From positions 1-47,606 of the IMG/VR virus record IMGVR_UViG_3300042262_000189: a DNA stretch of 47,606 nucleotides. One strand, given 5' to 3'. A model generated the notes under the pieces. It searched no databases, was not told where the DNA came from, and was given only the letters and a program-made list of their open reading frames with translations. The position numbers and the translations under genes were made by a program. Positions 1 through 9,154 of the stretch are shown one piece after another (within the stretch, counting starts at the first letter, position 1; the number at the start of each line of letters is the position of its first letter). This DNA is from a virus. Taxonomy: Duplodnaviria; Caudoviricetes.

Positions 1-552
1 ATGAAGTTCACCGAAGGCGCCTTTAAAGACTGGGGCTACGAGCTGATTCGCGAAGAATTCGGCGGTGAACTGATTGACGGCGGCCCGTGGCAGAAGGTTA
101 AAAACCCGAACACCGGTAAAGAGATCATCATCAAAGACGTTATCGCTGATGCCTTCCTGCAGCAGATCCTGCTGCGTCCGGCCGAGTATGACGTTATTGC
201 CTGTATGAACCTGAACGGCGACTACATCTCTGACGCCCTGGCGGCGCAGGTTGGCGGTATCGGTATTGCACCGGGCGCGAACATCGGCGACGAGTGTGCG
301 CTGTTCGAAGCGACCCACGGTACTGCACCGAAATACGCAGGTCAGGACAAAGTGAACCCAGGTTCTATTATCCTGTCCGCTGAGATGATGCTGCGCCACC
401 TGCAGTGGTTCGAAGCCGCAGACCTGATCGTTAAAGGCACCGAAGGCGCAATCGCCGCTAAGACCGTGACCTATGACTTTGAACGTCTGATGGAAGGCGC
501 TAAGCTGCTGAAATGTTCAGAGTTTGGCGACGCGATTATCGCGAACATGTAA
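1..552 (+). CDS. icd: NADP-dependent isocitrate dehydrogenase, 3' part (5' truncated by window edge)
   Basis: [38 protein letters not shown] and C-terminal [12 protein letters not shown] are typical of enterobacterial Icd. Confidence 0.98.
   Translation: MKFTEGAFKDWGYELIREEFGGELIDGGPWQKVKNPNTGKEIIIKDVIADAFLQQILLRPAEYDVIACMNLNGDYISDALAAQVGGIGIAPGANIGDECALFEATHGTAPKYAGQDKVNPGSIILSAEMMLRHLQWFEAADLIVKGTEGAIAAKTVTYDFERLMEGAKLLKCSEFGDAIIANM
389..399. other. Probable attL core region inside icd
   Basis: TGCTGCGCCAC about 165 bp before the icd stop, where phage 21/e14 recombine (recalled). attR is not in the window, so this cannot be confirmed. Confidence 0.5.
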
Positions 553-571
553 TCCAGTCTCTGGGTTAGAC

Positions 572-602
572 AAAAACGGGAGCCGTTGAGCTCCCGTTTT
601 TT
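572..602 (+). terminator. Intrinsic terminator after icd, likely bidirectional
   Basis: AAAAACGGGAGC-cgttga-GCTCCCGTTTTT(T). Confidence 0.9.
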
Positions 603-619
603 AACATCATCCAAAAGCT

Positions 620-654
620 TTCCCCAAAATCTTCCCCAAAACTATTCCCCAAAA
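620..654. repeat. Three direct TTCCCCAAAA repeats, probable integrase arm-type sites
   Basis: Copies at 620-629, 632-641 and 645-654, between att and the int stop. Confidence 0.7.
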
Positions 655-665
655 CCGACGAAAAA

Positions 666-1808
666 TCATACTGCTTTTTTTCCTACAATGACCCATTCTT
701 TGCCTCTGTCATCGTTGTATTTATCCGTCATTTTCTTAGATTTATGGCCTAGCAGCTTCTGAGTATCCAAACCCTGCTCACGATATAGTCGTTCAGAAAG
801 AGACCTCTGCTCATGAAAGGTGGGCGCAGTTCCATCATCCCAGGTAAGACCGCTCTTATCCCGAGCTTTTTTAAACGTAGAGGTTAGAGTTTTCGTGGAT
901 ACCTGATCGCCACGGTTTGCCTGCGAAGTGGTATGTCGAAAGTGAACAAGGTATTTACTAACCACTGCATCTCTGCATTTTGATATAACATCGCGTAGTG
1001 AAATATCTAATGCTTCATTACTTAAAGAAAGAGGAATAGCGAGACGAGTGCCCGTTTTCTCCTGCTCAATATGTAACATGTCATCCCAGATATCTGAGAA
1101 CTTCATATTGCATATGTCACCAATGCGTTGACCAGTTACTAATGCGAGTAACATCCCACACTGTAAATATGGTTGCTGGTGTTCGGCGTAGCCATAAATA
1201 GCTCTCCATTCCTCCATTGATAAACGTTGTCTTGCAATTCTATTTCGTGGCTGCTTAGTGGCCTGAGCAGGGTTGTAGCCAGGTGGGACATGCCCAGCGT
1301 GCTGCGCCTCTTTAAAAACATCAATTAATACCATGCGAACAATTTGAGCCATTCTATTATGGCCCTCAGCCTTAACAGAATCTGTTATTTCGGAAATATC
1401 TAGTGCTGAAATATCTTTCAGGTATTGCATACCGCAATGCTCACGAAAGAGTCGGATAGGTTTTGCTTTCTGCCGAAAAGAGTTTGGTCTAAGTTCGTTG
1501 TGTTTCAACCTTTCCTCCTGCACTGATTCATATTTATCGAGCCATACTGAAACTGTAATGTCCGAGCGGTTTCCTTTCATACGGGACAGACGCTCGTTAA
1601 TACTAAGTATTTGCCTAGTGCGCTGCTCTGCAATTATAGTGTTTGCTTCGCTTGCCACCTGCTTTGCCTCAGCTTCATCCGTGCCGAGGCTATGAAAACG
1701 CCCAGAAATAGGGTGTTTGTATTGCCAGTAAACCTTACCGGTGCGTTTATCAAGCTTGCAATATAAGTTTGGGATAGAGATTTTATGAGTGCGCGGTCTA
1801 GCTGCCAT
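666..1808 (-). CDS. int: Tyrosine integrase (lambda/phage 21 type)
   Basis: N-terminal arm-binding domain; TGQRIGD, FHEQRSLS, LLGH and catalytic Y motifs. Confidence 0.96.
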   Translation of the reverse strand: MAARPRTHKISIPNLYCKLDKRTGKVYWQYKHPISGRFHSLGTDEAEAKQVASEANTIIAEQRTRQILSINERLSRMKGNRSDITVSVWLDKYESVQEERLKHNELRPNSFRQKAKPIRLFREHCGMQYLKDISALDISEITDSVKAEGHNRMAQIVRMVLIDVFKEAQHAGHVPPGYNPAQATKQPRNRIARQRLSMEEWRAIYGYAEHQQPYLQCGMLLALVTGQRIGDICNMKFSDIWDDMLHIEQEKTGTRLAIPLSLSNEALDISLRDVISKCRDAVVSKYLVHFRHTTSQANRGDQVSTKTLTSTFKKARDKSGLTWDDGTAPTFHEQRSLSERLYREQGLDTQKLLGHKSKKMTDKYNDDRGKEWVIVGKKAV

Positions 1809-2034
1809 CGTTAATTATCCGTCTCAATTTTGGGTTAACATTTAGTGGAAGTTGAGGTTCAGCAACTACACCTATAAAACGAGCTTCTCTGTCAACCATC
1901 CAGCGCCGTCCGACTCGCATCGGCGGTGGCGCTATCATTTGACCTTTTGCGTATTTTTTTAATACTCGCTCGCTAGGGGCTTCACTACCGAATTCATCTT
2001 TCGCCCATTCGAGTAAAGAGACCATACGTGACAT
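1798..2034 (-). CDS. xis: Excisionase
   Basis: MSRMVSLLEWA..APPPMRVGRRW, overlaps the int start; GGAG RBS before ATG 2034. Confidence 0.85.
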   Translation of the reverse strand: MSRMVSLLEWAKDEFGSEAPSERVLKKYAKGQMIAPPPMRVGRRWMVDREARFIGVVAEPQLPLNVNPKLRRIINDGS

Positions 2035-2062
2035 TTTTTCTCCATACACCGGCTGCACCCGG

Positions 2063-2341
2063 TTAACGAATATTATAAGCACATGACGAGCAACCACCGC
2101 GGAGCCCATCATTGCAGGTTTTACATAACTCGTGGTCTTTATGTTTACCTGTATTTAGCTGGTGGACAATTTCCACAGGAATAAGCACTGGTAACGGAAC
2201 ATGAAGCGAATGTCTGCGAAGGACTGACAGTTCGTTTGCATGTTCAAGGGCTATAGCTTTCCAGTCATCTGCCTCCGCCTTATACCAGGCTAAGTCCTCA
2301 CGCATACGGCGCCAACGCCGGCGTTTAAGTTTGCTGGGCAT
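2063..2341 (-). CDS. Phage hypothetical protein with C-terminal CxxC..CxxC
   Basis: Coupled to upstream ORF; CKTC/CSSC. Confidence 0.7.
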   Translation of the reverse strand: MPSKLKRRRWRRMREDLAWYKAEADDWKAIALEHANELSVLRRHSLHVPLPVLIPVEIVHQLNTGKHKDHELCKTCNDGLRGGCSSCAYNIR

Positions 2342-2583
2342 CAGTCTTCATCCTCATCCCAGTCATCGTCGTCATCGTCGTCATCGTCGTCATCGCAGGA
2401 TGCGAGCAGAGGATTCATTCGCCGCCCGACCTGGCTGGCGTAACCTTGCCGGCCGAGGTTACGCAGCACGCCGTATATTTCGAACATTTCAGTGCGCTCA
2501 TCACCAATGGCCAGTTCGCAGGCTAGCGTGTGACACTCGGTGGCAAGCGCCGATATCTTCTGAAGCAATTCAACTTTATTCAC
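2341..2583 (-). CDS. Small protein with poly-Asp C-terminal tail
   Basis: Ends CDDDDDDDDDDDWDEDED; overlaps both neighbours. Confidence 0.75.
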   Translation of the reverse strand: MNKVELLQKISALATECHTLACELAIGDERTEMFEIYGVLRNLGRQGYASQVGRRMNPLLASCDDDDDDDDDDDWDEDED

Positions 2584-3457
2584 ACTTCACCTCCTGCGGG
2601 GCAGCTGAGAAGTGATCAACGCCTTTAGTCCAGATTTCTTTGATAGTCGTCCAACTAACAGGCACTGTGATTTTAATTCTCCCGCTGCCGTCGCATGTTT
2701 CGCACTCATCATCACCAAAACACTCAGGGCAGTTTACGAATTTAGTTTCTGAAAACTCACCGGACAACGCGCCCTTTGCGCCGTTCTCAGCGGTTAACGT
2801 CATCGGCACCATCACGTAACCATCCGGAATTACCGGAGAGTTGCCAGCCTGCAGGTCCTGCACATTTTCGCTGCTCCTGCAGTTATTCGAAGCTCCTGCA
2901 CTTTTTTGGAGTTCCTGCAGCATGGCACCACGGCACGCGTTCCATATGTCAGTCGCCAACTTGCACTCTGCCTTATCAAGCTGGAATGCCACACCATGCG
3001 GTGGGCGGATGCTGGCAATGATTTGGATATTTCCCGGAGTGGCTTCTTCTGGCACTACCGGCGCTGGCTGCGCGTGGCGATAGAGCGGGATTAAGCCATC
3101 ACTCGGGTCGCGCCACATCCATTCTTTAGTGCAGGCTGCATTTCCCCTACCATTGCTCTTGAAATTATCGAATGATTGCGGGTCTGCATACGCCACCGGC
3201 TCACTGCCCTCTACCGAAAGCGGGGCGGTGTAGAGCGTTCTTGTGTCCTCACCAATACTGCGGCAGCGAATCATCTCCTCCTCGTCTACGTCAGACCAGG
3301 TGTCATCGTTGTTGCCATAGACCTGGTAAACAGGCTCGCTGTCCATTGCGGCCAGCAGCGTGCCGGCCATTGTAATCTCATCATCGCTACACCGTCTGGC
3401 GTCAACTCTGCCGGCTGCGATTTTTTCTAGGCGCTCTCTGGTTAATTTGCTGGTCAT
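2576..3457 (-). CDS. Eaa-like mosaic early protein with Zn-finger (CPEC..CETC)
   Basis: MTSKLTRERL start; EPVA / LYRHAQPAP / GNSPVIPDG modules typical of lambdoid ea genes. Confidence 0.75.
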   Translation of the reverse strand: MTSKLTRERLEKIAAGRVDARRCSDDEITMAGTLLAAMDSEPVYQVYGNNDDTWSDVDEEEMIRCRSIGEDTRTLYTAPLSVEGSEPVAYADPQSFDNFKSNGRGNAACTKEWMWRDPSDGLIPLYRHAQPAPVVPEEATPGNIQIIASIRPPHGVAFQLDKAECKLATDIWNACRGAMLQELQKSAGASNNCRSSENVQDLQAGNSPVIPDGYVMVPMTLTAENGAKGALSGEFSETKFVNCPECFGDDECETCDGSGRIKITVPVSWTTIKEIWTKGVDHFSAAPQEVKCE

Positions 3458-3627
3458 TGGTCGCGATCCTCGTAAGTTGGCTGCTTCCATCCGCAATGGC
3501 AGTCCTGAAGCTCTCCGCTACCACCCTCCAGATATTCACCGCATTCCGGGCAATACAGCAGTGGCATGCCGTATGTCACCAGCAGGCGATGTACGCGCCG
3601 TGCACGCTCTATAGTCATGATGGTCAT
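3454..3627 (-). CDS. 57-aa Zn-ribbon protein (not in ORF track)
   Basis: MTIMTIERARRVHRLLVTYGMPLLYCPECGEYLEGGSGELQDCHCGWKQPTYEDRDQ; ATGA overlaps at both ends. Confidence 0.75.
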   Translation of the reverse strand: MTIMTIERARRVHRLLVTYGMPLLYCPECGEYLEGGSGELQDCHCGWKQPTYEDRDQ

Positions 3628-4139
3628 TGGTTGGCTCCTTCTGCGGCACGATTGACTATCACGCCGTCATAAACTTCTTTGAGATGTCCGCGCAGGTCCA
3701 TCCTGCGCAGTGCGCTGTACATGTAATCGCATTCGGCCTGCTTGTTGGCCTGAAATGGCTTGTGCTCCCGAGAGCACCACAGCGCGTTTCCCGGCCAGCC
3801 GTGGACCTTGTACACGCGCCCGTTCCTGACGTGCAGGAGGCCCCAGCCAGGCGGTAAATCCGAAACCTCGATAAAACCAGGCTCGGCCATGAAAAAGCGC
3901 CAGTCGCCCATACCTTTCGACGGTTCAATCCGGAAATGTTTTTTCCTGTCCGCCAGAAAGTCAGCGCGGGAACATTTCACCTCAATCAGGCAGGATGCCA
4001 GGTTACGGAAGCCGATAGCATCAGGCTGTTCGCCGGTGCCAACGTAGGCTACAAAACGGTCGTGAAACGCCACCTTGAAACCGTTGTTTTGCAGAAAGCG
4101 GCAGGCAATCTGACAAAGCTCATCGTGTGTAAGTGCCAT
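3624..4139 (-). CDS. PD-(D/E)XK nuclease-like protein (MmcB-like)
   Basis: EQPDAIG...IEVKCSRADFLAD motif. Confidence 0.7.
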   Translation of the reverse strand: MALTHDELCQIACRFLQNNGFKVAFHDRFVAYVGTGEQPDAIGFRNLASCLIEVKCSRADFLADRKKHFRIEPSKGMGDWRFFMAEPGFIEVSDLPPGWGLLHVRNGRVYKVHGWPGNALWCSREHKPFQANKQAECDYMYSALRRMDLRGHLKEVYDGVIVNRAAEGANQ

Positions 4140-5033
4140 CTACTCAGCCTCCCTGATTCCCATCTCATGCAGATATTCGTCCGCATCCTTCACAAACTGA
4201 CCGCCGGCACCGTAGTAGCGGTGAGTTACGATGTCGATGGTTGCTAACGGGTCAGCCTTAAGAATCTGAAGGAGAAAATCTTCCAGCTGACCAACCGGGT
4301 GCTTGATAACTGGCACCTTACCAGGGTGGCGAACCACTAAAAATTGGTTGCCTTCCTCCCGAACTCCATCCGCATCTTCAGGCTTCACGGTGACGGTGCG
4401 GGACTCCAAATGTTCGATGTACGCCTTCAGCACATCAGCGCGGTGTTTTCCCAGCGGCTTCACTACGCCGAACCGCCTGTCTGTGTTCACCCAATCTGTT
4501 TTATCGCTCCATTCCATGTAAGCCGTGCGGAAGGACTCCAGCTCGGCGATGCGATTAGCCTGCAGGCCAATAATGTTTGACTGGCTTATGATGGCCTTTC
4601 CGCCGCATTCCAGTTGCTCCAGCAAAACGGCATCACCCATAGCTACCAGAACATCATCGGTTGCCGGTGTTTCTACCGGGAGATAGGCATGCAGCAGGCG
4701 CCGCTTAACCAGGTCTACCAATCGCTCGTCACTGCTTTCAGCCAGCGCATCAATCAATCCTTCAGCGTATGCGGCGTTGATGCATCCAGCCGCATTCTCT
4801 ACACTGCCTTTCAGGGCTGCATTTTCGGATGTGAGGCTTCCCATCCGCTCATGCAGCTTTGTCGCAGCTTCAATGCCGCCGGCTACGAGTGCGTTTTTGG
4901 CCTGCGCCTTCTCCAGCTCATCTACCAGCGCGATTATGCTATACGCATCCACAGCCATGGTGAAAACCGAGTGATCGAATGCTTTCTCAGCGGTCGCTTT
5001 CAGGCTCTGCGCCAGTTCGGTGATATCAGTCAT
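4140..5033 (-). CDS. Ead/Ea22-like early protein
   Basis: MTDITELAQSLK, IALVDELEKAQ, RIAELES modules. Confidence 0.75.
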   Translation of the reverse strand: MTDITELAQSLKATAEKAFDHSVFTMAVDAYSIIALVDELEKAQAKNALVAGGIEAATKLHERMGSLTSENAALKGSVENAAGCINAAYAEGLIDALAESSDERLVDLVKRRLLHAYLPVETPATDDVLVAMGDAVLLEQLECGGKAIISQSNIIGLQANRIAELESFRTAYMEWSDKTDWVNTDRRFGVVKPLGKHRADVLKAYIEHLESRTVTVKPEDADGVREEGNQFLVVRHPGKVPVIKHPVGQLEDFLLQILKADPLATIDIVTHRYYGAGGQFVKDADEYLHEMGIREAE

Positions 5034-5266
5034 TCTTCGTCCTCCAGGTCAGCAATGGCGTCCATCACGTCAGAGCCGCGAATAAATTCGAACGCGCGAC
5101 AGGCCATTTCGAAAACGAGCTGCTCCTGAGGGTGCGGAGACTCCCAATATTTGAAGCCGGCGCGATGTGTGTATCCCTGCATAGCGTAGAACTGACCAGC
5201 CAGTTCGATAGCTGCGTTAACGAGTTCGCGATTTGTCATGGCTGATTCGGTGATATCAGTTGTCAT
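5030..5266 (-). CDS. Phage hypothetical protein
   Basis: Coupled ORF in leftward operon. Confidence 0.7.
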   Translation of the reverse strand: MTTDITESAMTNRELVNAAIELAGQFYAMQGYTHRAGFKYWESPHPQEQLVFEMACRAFEFIRGSDVMDAIADLEDEE

Positions 5267-5451
5267 GCGGCACCGCCAAGTTCAGTTGATGCCTTTTCAA
5301 TCGCTCCACGAACTAAGGAGTTAATCTCGTAATGATCTTCTGCCGTAAGCGCTCCCACTTCGTTTTCAACAGAATCGAGGATTTCAAACAGGTAATTTTC
5401 AATACTGCTCAGCATCGCTTTAGCAACCAAATCACGGTTTACCTTGCTCAT
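5263..5451 (-). CDS. Phage hypothetical protein
   Basis: ATGA-coupled ORF. Confidence 0.7.
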   Translation of the reverse strand: MSKVNRDLVAKAMLSSIENYLFEILDSVENEVGALTAEDHYEINSLVRGAIEKASTELGGAA

Positions 5452-5651
5452 TTGGCCCCCTCTGCGTTCGCATGCACGCGGATCTGCTCGATAAGCTCCT
5501 CAGCGTTAACCTCAAACCGCGCCAGTGTTTCGCACCCGCCAACTTTGTCGCCTGAAATACGGTAGCCACCGCTGTCATTGCTGACGCAGAGAGACAGTCC
5601 ACCACTCTGGTTATGAGATACTTCGATATAGACATGGTTTGGTGTCAGCAT
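5448..5651 (-). CDS. Phage hypothetical protein
   Basis: Coupled ORF. Confidence 0.7.
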   Translation of the reverse strand: MLTPNHVYIEVSHNQSGGLSLCVSNDSGGYRISGDKVGGCETLARFEVNAEELIEQIRVHANAEGAK

Positions 5652-6085
5652 TTGTCTAACCCCTCGCGCAGCTGCTTGGCGAAAACTTCAGCCTCTTCTG
5701 CACTGTCTAAACAGAATGAAATGCTACGCGCAGCCACAGCTACATTGCGTTTTTGCAGGCGCTCAGCCACTCCTCTTTGCTCTGCTGCGAATAGCTCCAC
5801 CCCATCAGCCTTAATCCCGGCTACGATGCGATCGGTGGCGGGGGTCTGCAGTGCTGACCATGCCGCTGTTACCAGGGTGTCGAAGTCACACACCACCATG
5901 TCACCGTGGTACTCTTCAGAATTGGCGATGGTGGACAACGTTTTCTTCAGCCCCACATTCTCCGCAGCCAGCTGCCGCAGATGGTCCTGCAGGTCTACGC
6001 CAGCCGGGCAGCCGGATACCTCGCGACACTTCTCGATAGTCGCCAGTGCAGCCGTTAGTTCGCCTTCCATTTCGTAAACGCTCAT
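5645..6085 (-). CDS. Ead-like early protein
   Basis: LAAENVGLK, TPATD, FAKQLREG modules; start MSVYEM coupled to upstream stop. Confidence 0.7.
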   Translation of the reverse strand: MSVYEMEGELTAALATIEKCREVSGCPAGVDLQDHLRQLAAENVGLKKTLSTIANSEEYHGDMVVCDFDTLVTAAWSALQTPATDRIVAGIKADGVELFAAEQRGVAERLQKRNVAVAARSISFCLDSAEEAEVFAKQLREGLDKC

Positions 6086-6216
6086 GCTGTCCACCACTCA
6101 ATAATCATGCAGATGCCCCAGGTCGCTACGGCAATCAGCACCCAGCAGATCGCATCAAAAATGGCGGCAAACCGACGTAGCGTATATTTGCTGTAATGGT
6201 CCGGATCAAATTTCAT
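6082..6216 (-). CDS. 44-aa single-TM membrane protein (not in ORF track)
   Basis: MKFDPDHYSKYTLRRFAAIFDAICWVLIAVATWGICMIIEWWTA; ATGA overlaps at both ends. Confidence 0.7.
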   Translation of the reverse strand: MKFDPDHYSKYTLRRFAAIFDAICWVLIAVATWGICMIIEWWTA

Positions 6217-6998
6217 ACCGCCTCCCCGAGGACCCAGCGCAGAGCCGCGGCATATTCACCACTGGCATCGCCAAGGGCTTTGGTTATTTCTTTGCGAGAT
6301 TTGACCCGCGGCTTTGTCTCACCAAGAATCTGCCTCTGCCGGCGGGTTTTCTCATGACCTTTAGCGCCAGCGGTCGCCGTTTCGAGTTGCTTAACCTTTT
6401 CCCGTTGTTCTTCTGGTGGGAGTGTGCCGAGCTGGCGAGCCTGGGTGACCGTTACGATCCCAGCCTCTACAGCATCTTTAACGGCTTGGGTGGCATCGAG
6501 CAGGGACAGAGTTGCGCGCACGGTCTGGATACTGGCACCAAACATCAGGGCCAGGTCTTTTTCGTCATGACCTCGCTCCAGTGCGTCGGCCATTTTTTTC
6601 GCCCGACCTAATGGGGTGTCCGCCTGGCGGATTTCGTTTGCGCTGACCATCGCCTGTGCCATACGGACGGGAGAGCCACGTTTAGGTACCGCAGGAACCA
6701 GCAGAGGGGATTCACCCGATTTCACCAGGCGCTTATTGGCCTCCAGGGTGTGACGCACGCGCTGGCGGCCATCAACTACACAGGTCATCCCGCTTTCGGG
6801 ATCTTTCCAGACAATAATTGGCTCAAGTACACCCTGATCCATGATGTTCAACACCATCGCCTCGTTGATGGGCAGATGAATACGTTCATCGTAAAGCGGG
6901 TGGGTCTTATCGGTTACCAGGTGCAGTTTTTCGGGCTCGAACGTCAGAACGTTCGTCTTGCCACTGGCGCCGTATACAACTTTTGAGTCTTTAGCCAT
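6213..6998 (-). CDS. ParB/Srx N-terminal domain protein with HTH
   Basis: GVLEPIIV...VVDGRQRVR motif; likely start MAKDSK. Confidence 0.85.
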   Translation of the reverse strand: MAKDSKVVYGASGKTNVLTFEPEKLHLVTDKTHPLYDERIHLPINEAMVLNIMDQGVLEPIIVWKDPESGMTCVVDGRQRVRHTLEANKRLVKSGESPLLVPAVPKRGSPVRMAQAMVSANEIRQADTPLGRAKKMADALERGHDEKDLALMFGASIQTVRATLSLLDATQAVKDAVEAGIVTVTQARQLGTLPPEEQREKVKQLETATAGAKGHEKTRRQRQILGETKPRVKSRKEITKALGDASGEYAAALRWVLGEAV

Positions 6999-7191
6999 TG
7001 CTGCTAGCTCCGCTCTGGTTTGATAGCAAAGCAGCCATAGCTGTGTTCTGATCCATCGCCTCGGTAAGGGCAACGAAGGTCACATCCAGCCTTGACGCGA
7101 TATCACGCATTAATTGGGCTGCTGCTGGTGGCAAGTCAGTTGCCGCAGCATTAGCTGCAGCAACTAACTCTTTAACTTTCATATGTGCCAT
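6991..7191 (-). CDS. Phage hypothetical protein
   Basis: Coupled ORF. Confidence 0.7.
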   Translation of the reverse strand: MAHMKVKELVAAANAAATDLPPAAAQLMRDIASRLDVTFVALTEAMDQNTAMAALLSNQSGASSNG

Positions 7192-7718
7192 TAACGCCGC
7201 TCCATTAGTTGGTTAAAGCGATTCATGAACATGCCGTAAGACTGGCCCGGGCGGACGGGATTAATCACAAACTGGTCGGTAGGAATAACGCCGTCGAGCA
7301 TCGGCCAGTGGGTGCCGTCGTCGATCTCAAAGTCGCGACGTTCGCTGGCCAGCATCACCAGGTCGGCATATTTAACGGTCGGGTGCTGCTCAGCCGGTAG
7401 GCCGAATTTTTGGCGAATAGCTGCATCAACCTGATCTTCAATGGCGCGGTAGTCAGGAAACAGGCGTTTCAATGGGGCAGGGATATCCTGCAAATATGCC
7501 TCGGCGGCGTCGTGCAGCAGCGCTTCAAGCGCAAATTCCTGGGGTACCAGTTGGCTCGTTAATACGCTGTGCTGCCCGACGCTATAGAACTCCGGGAGAT
7601 GGCCAGCGAAACGGCAAATGTTCGAGAGGGCATTTGCGATATCTTCGATCTCGATGGCGTCTTGCTGGATGTCGAGATAGTTAAAATGTTTGCCTGAGAA
7701 GGTTTGAATAAAGCTCAT
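7191..7718 (-). CDS. HD-domain 5'-deoxynucleotidase-like protein (YfdR-like)
   Basis: RFAGH, YSVGQHS, LLHDAAEAY, KYADL. Confidence 0.88.
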   Translation of the reverse strand: MSFIQTFSGKHFNYLDIQQDAIEIEDIANALSNICRFAGHLPEFYSVGQHSVLTSQLVPQEFALEALLHDAAEAYLQDIPAPLKRLFPDYRAIEDQVDAAIRQKFGLPAEQHPTVKYADLVMLASERRDFEIDDGTHWPMLDGVIPTDQFVINPVRPGQSYGMFMNRFNQLMERR

Positions 7719-7859
7719 TTTTTTCTCCATACGTTACGCCTGCACAGCGCTGATTTTTGGGTGTAGAAATCCCTCGCCAGGTGGCGATTAATTACAGGAT
7801 TACGCTTCAATAAATACCCGCAACTGCGGGTATTTAAGGCTGAGCAATCAGGTTTTGAA

Positions 7860-8687
7860 TTAGGCTTTGAAGTTGCCGATAAAGGTTTCCACCGGCTTAT
7901 CGTCGAACTGAGCAATCAACAAATCGCGGAATTCATTAGCCATTTCTTCTTCCTGCGCTTCGAGTTGAACGATCCGCAGCACAAACACTGGTTCGCCACT
8001 TTTAAGTAGGCTGTTACGAAGACTAAAGCGGCGTTCGCCCAGGCCTTCGTAAGGGATGCATTTAAATTCGAACGCGACCGGCATTACATCTTTGCTGCTC
8101 GCTTCTACACTTTGCATCAGAGATTTTCTACCGGCGAAATCACTATCTTCGTGGTCGGACTGATTAGTCTGCTGGATAGTCACCTTACGAACAGCCATTG
8201 CAGCTTTGGAGATATCCATGGTTTGCCCTTCAGCATCGAAAGCGAGCAAGAAATCGCTCCAGTCTTCGAGCCATTCGGCAATTTGTTTCTGGCTCAGGCG
8301 ATCGCCATTGATTGCGAGCAACGCCCGGAAAGGTGCTGTTTTTTTGAGTCGAATAGATGCTACGTTGTCTGCATGGCCGGGTTGATCCAGTGAGCCGATG
8401 TTAAACACAGCACGAGCAGACATGCTCTCAGCGTCGATAAAGCAGCGGGCTGGAGTATCAGCTACGGCATAGCCAACTGAGTAACGCACGAAATCAGCAA
8501 TGCTGGTTGTTTCCAGGGCACCACGGAAACGGAAACGGTTGAGATTGAAGCGCTCAATGCTTTCAATGCCGTAGCCGGAGGGCAACATAACAGTAGGGCA
8601 GTGGGTAGTTTTCAGATCCTGAGTATGGACTGCAGCAAGAGTCAGTTCCTGAATTCTGTCGATGGCCTCGCCATTCAATTGTGACAT
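7860..8687 (-). CDS. YfdQ/DUF2303-family protein
   Basis: RFRFRG, SQKQIAEWLEDW, PYEGL; yfdP-Q-R synteny. Confidence 0.85.
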   Translation of the reverse strand: MSQLNGEAIDRIQELTLAAVHTQDLKTTHCPTVMLPSGYGIESIERFNLNRFRFRGALETTSIADFVRYSVGYAVADTPARCFIDAESMSARAVFNIGSLDQPGHADNVASIRLKKTAPFRALLAINGDRLSQKQIAEWLEDWSDFLLAFDAEGQTMDISKAAMAVRKVTIQQTNQSDHEDSDFAGRKSLMQSVEASSKDVMPVAFEFKCIPYEGLGERRFSLRNSLLKSGEPVFVLRIVQLEAQEEEMANEFRDLLIAQFDDKPVETFIGNFKA

Positions 8688-8734
8688 AGGTTTTCCTTAA
8701 AATTTACGGTTAAAAAGTCCAGATCAATCGCGGC

Positions 8735-9106
8735 TTACTTGGCCGCCCGTAGCTTTCCATCCGGATCGCCAGCCAGGTTAAACAGGTTGCCTTGGTCTTC
8801 CTGCAGGACCGTGAGTTTGCCACCGCGGTTAACCCACATTGGTGTTTCGGTGGTGTCCTCTTCGGACGCTTTGCCGCGTGGGGTAGGGGTGCTGTAATTG
8901 AGGCGGTGCTTAATCTTGACGCGCTTCTCTTCAACAGAGTTACCCATACGCTCAAAATCAAAGGTGAGGACCACCTTTCCTTTGTTGCCGTTGTTCAGAA
9001 CGCCGAGCGCGGTGGTATTGAGCGCCGCCGCAATCTTATTCATGAACACGCCGGCATCGAGCTCGCCCAGGAAATCGGGCACGACTGTCATGCGATCATT
9101 ACTCAT
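8735..9106 (-). CDS. YfdP-like phage protein
   Basis: FLGELDAGVF..PTPRGK..EEDTTETPMWV; upstream of yfdQ-like gene. Confidence 0.8.
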   Translation of the reverse strand: MSNDRMTVVPDFLGELDAGVFMNKIAAALNTTALGVLNNGNKGKVVLTFDFERMGNSVEEKRVKIKHRLNYSTPTPRGKASEEDTTETPMWVNRGGKLTVLQEDQGNLFNLAGDPDGKLRAAK

Positions 9107-9154
9107 GGTTTTTACCCTCATGAAAGGCGGCTGCAACCGCCGGAATTTTCTCCA

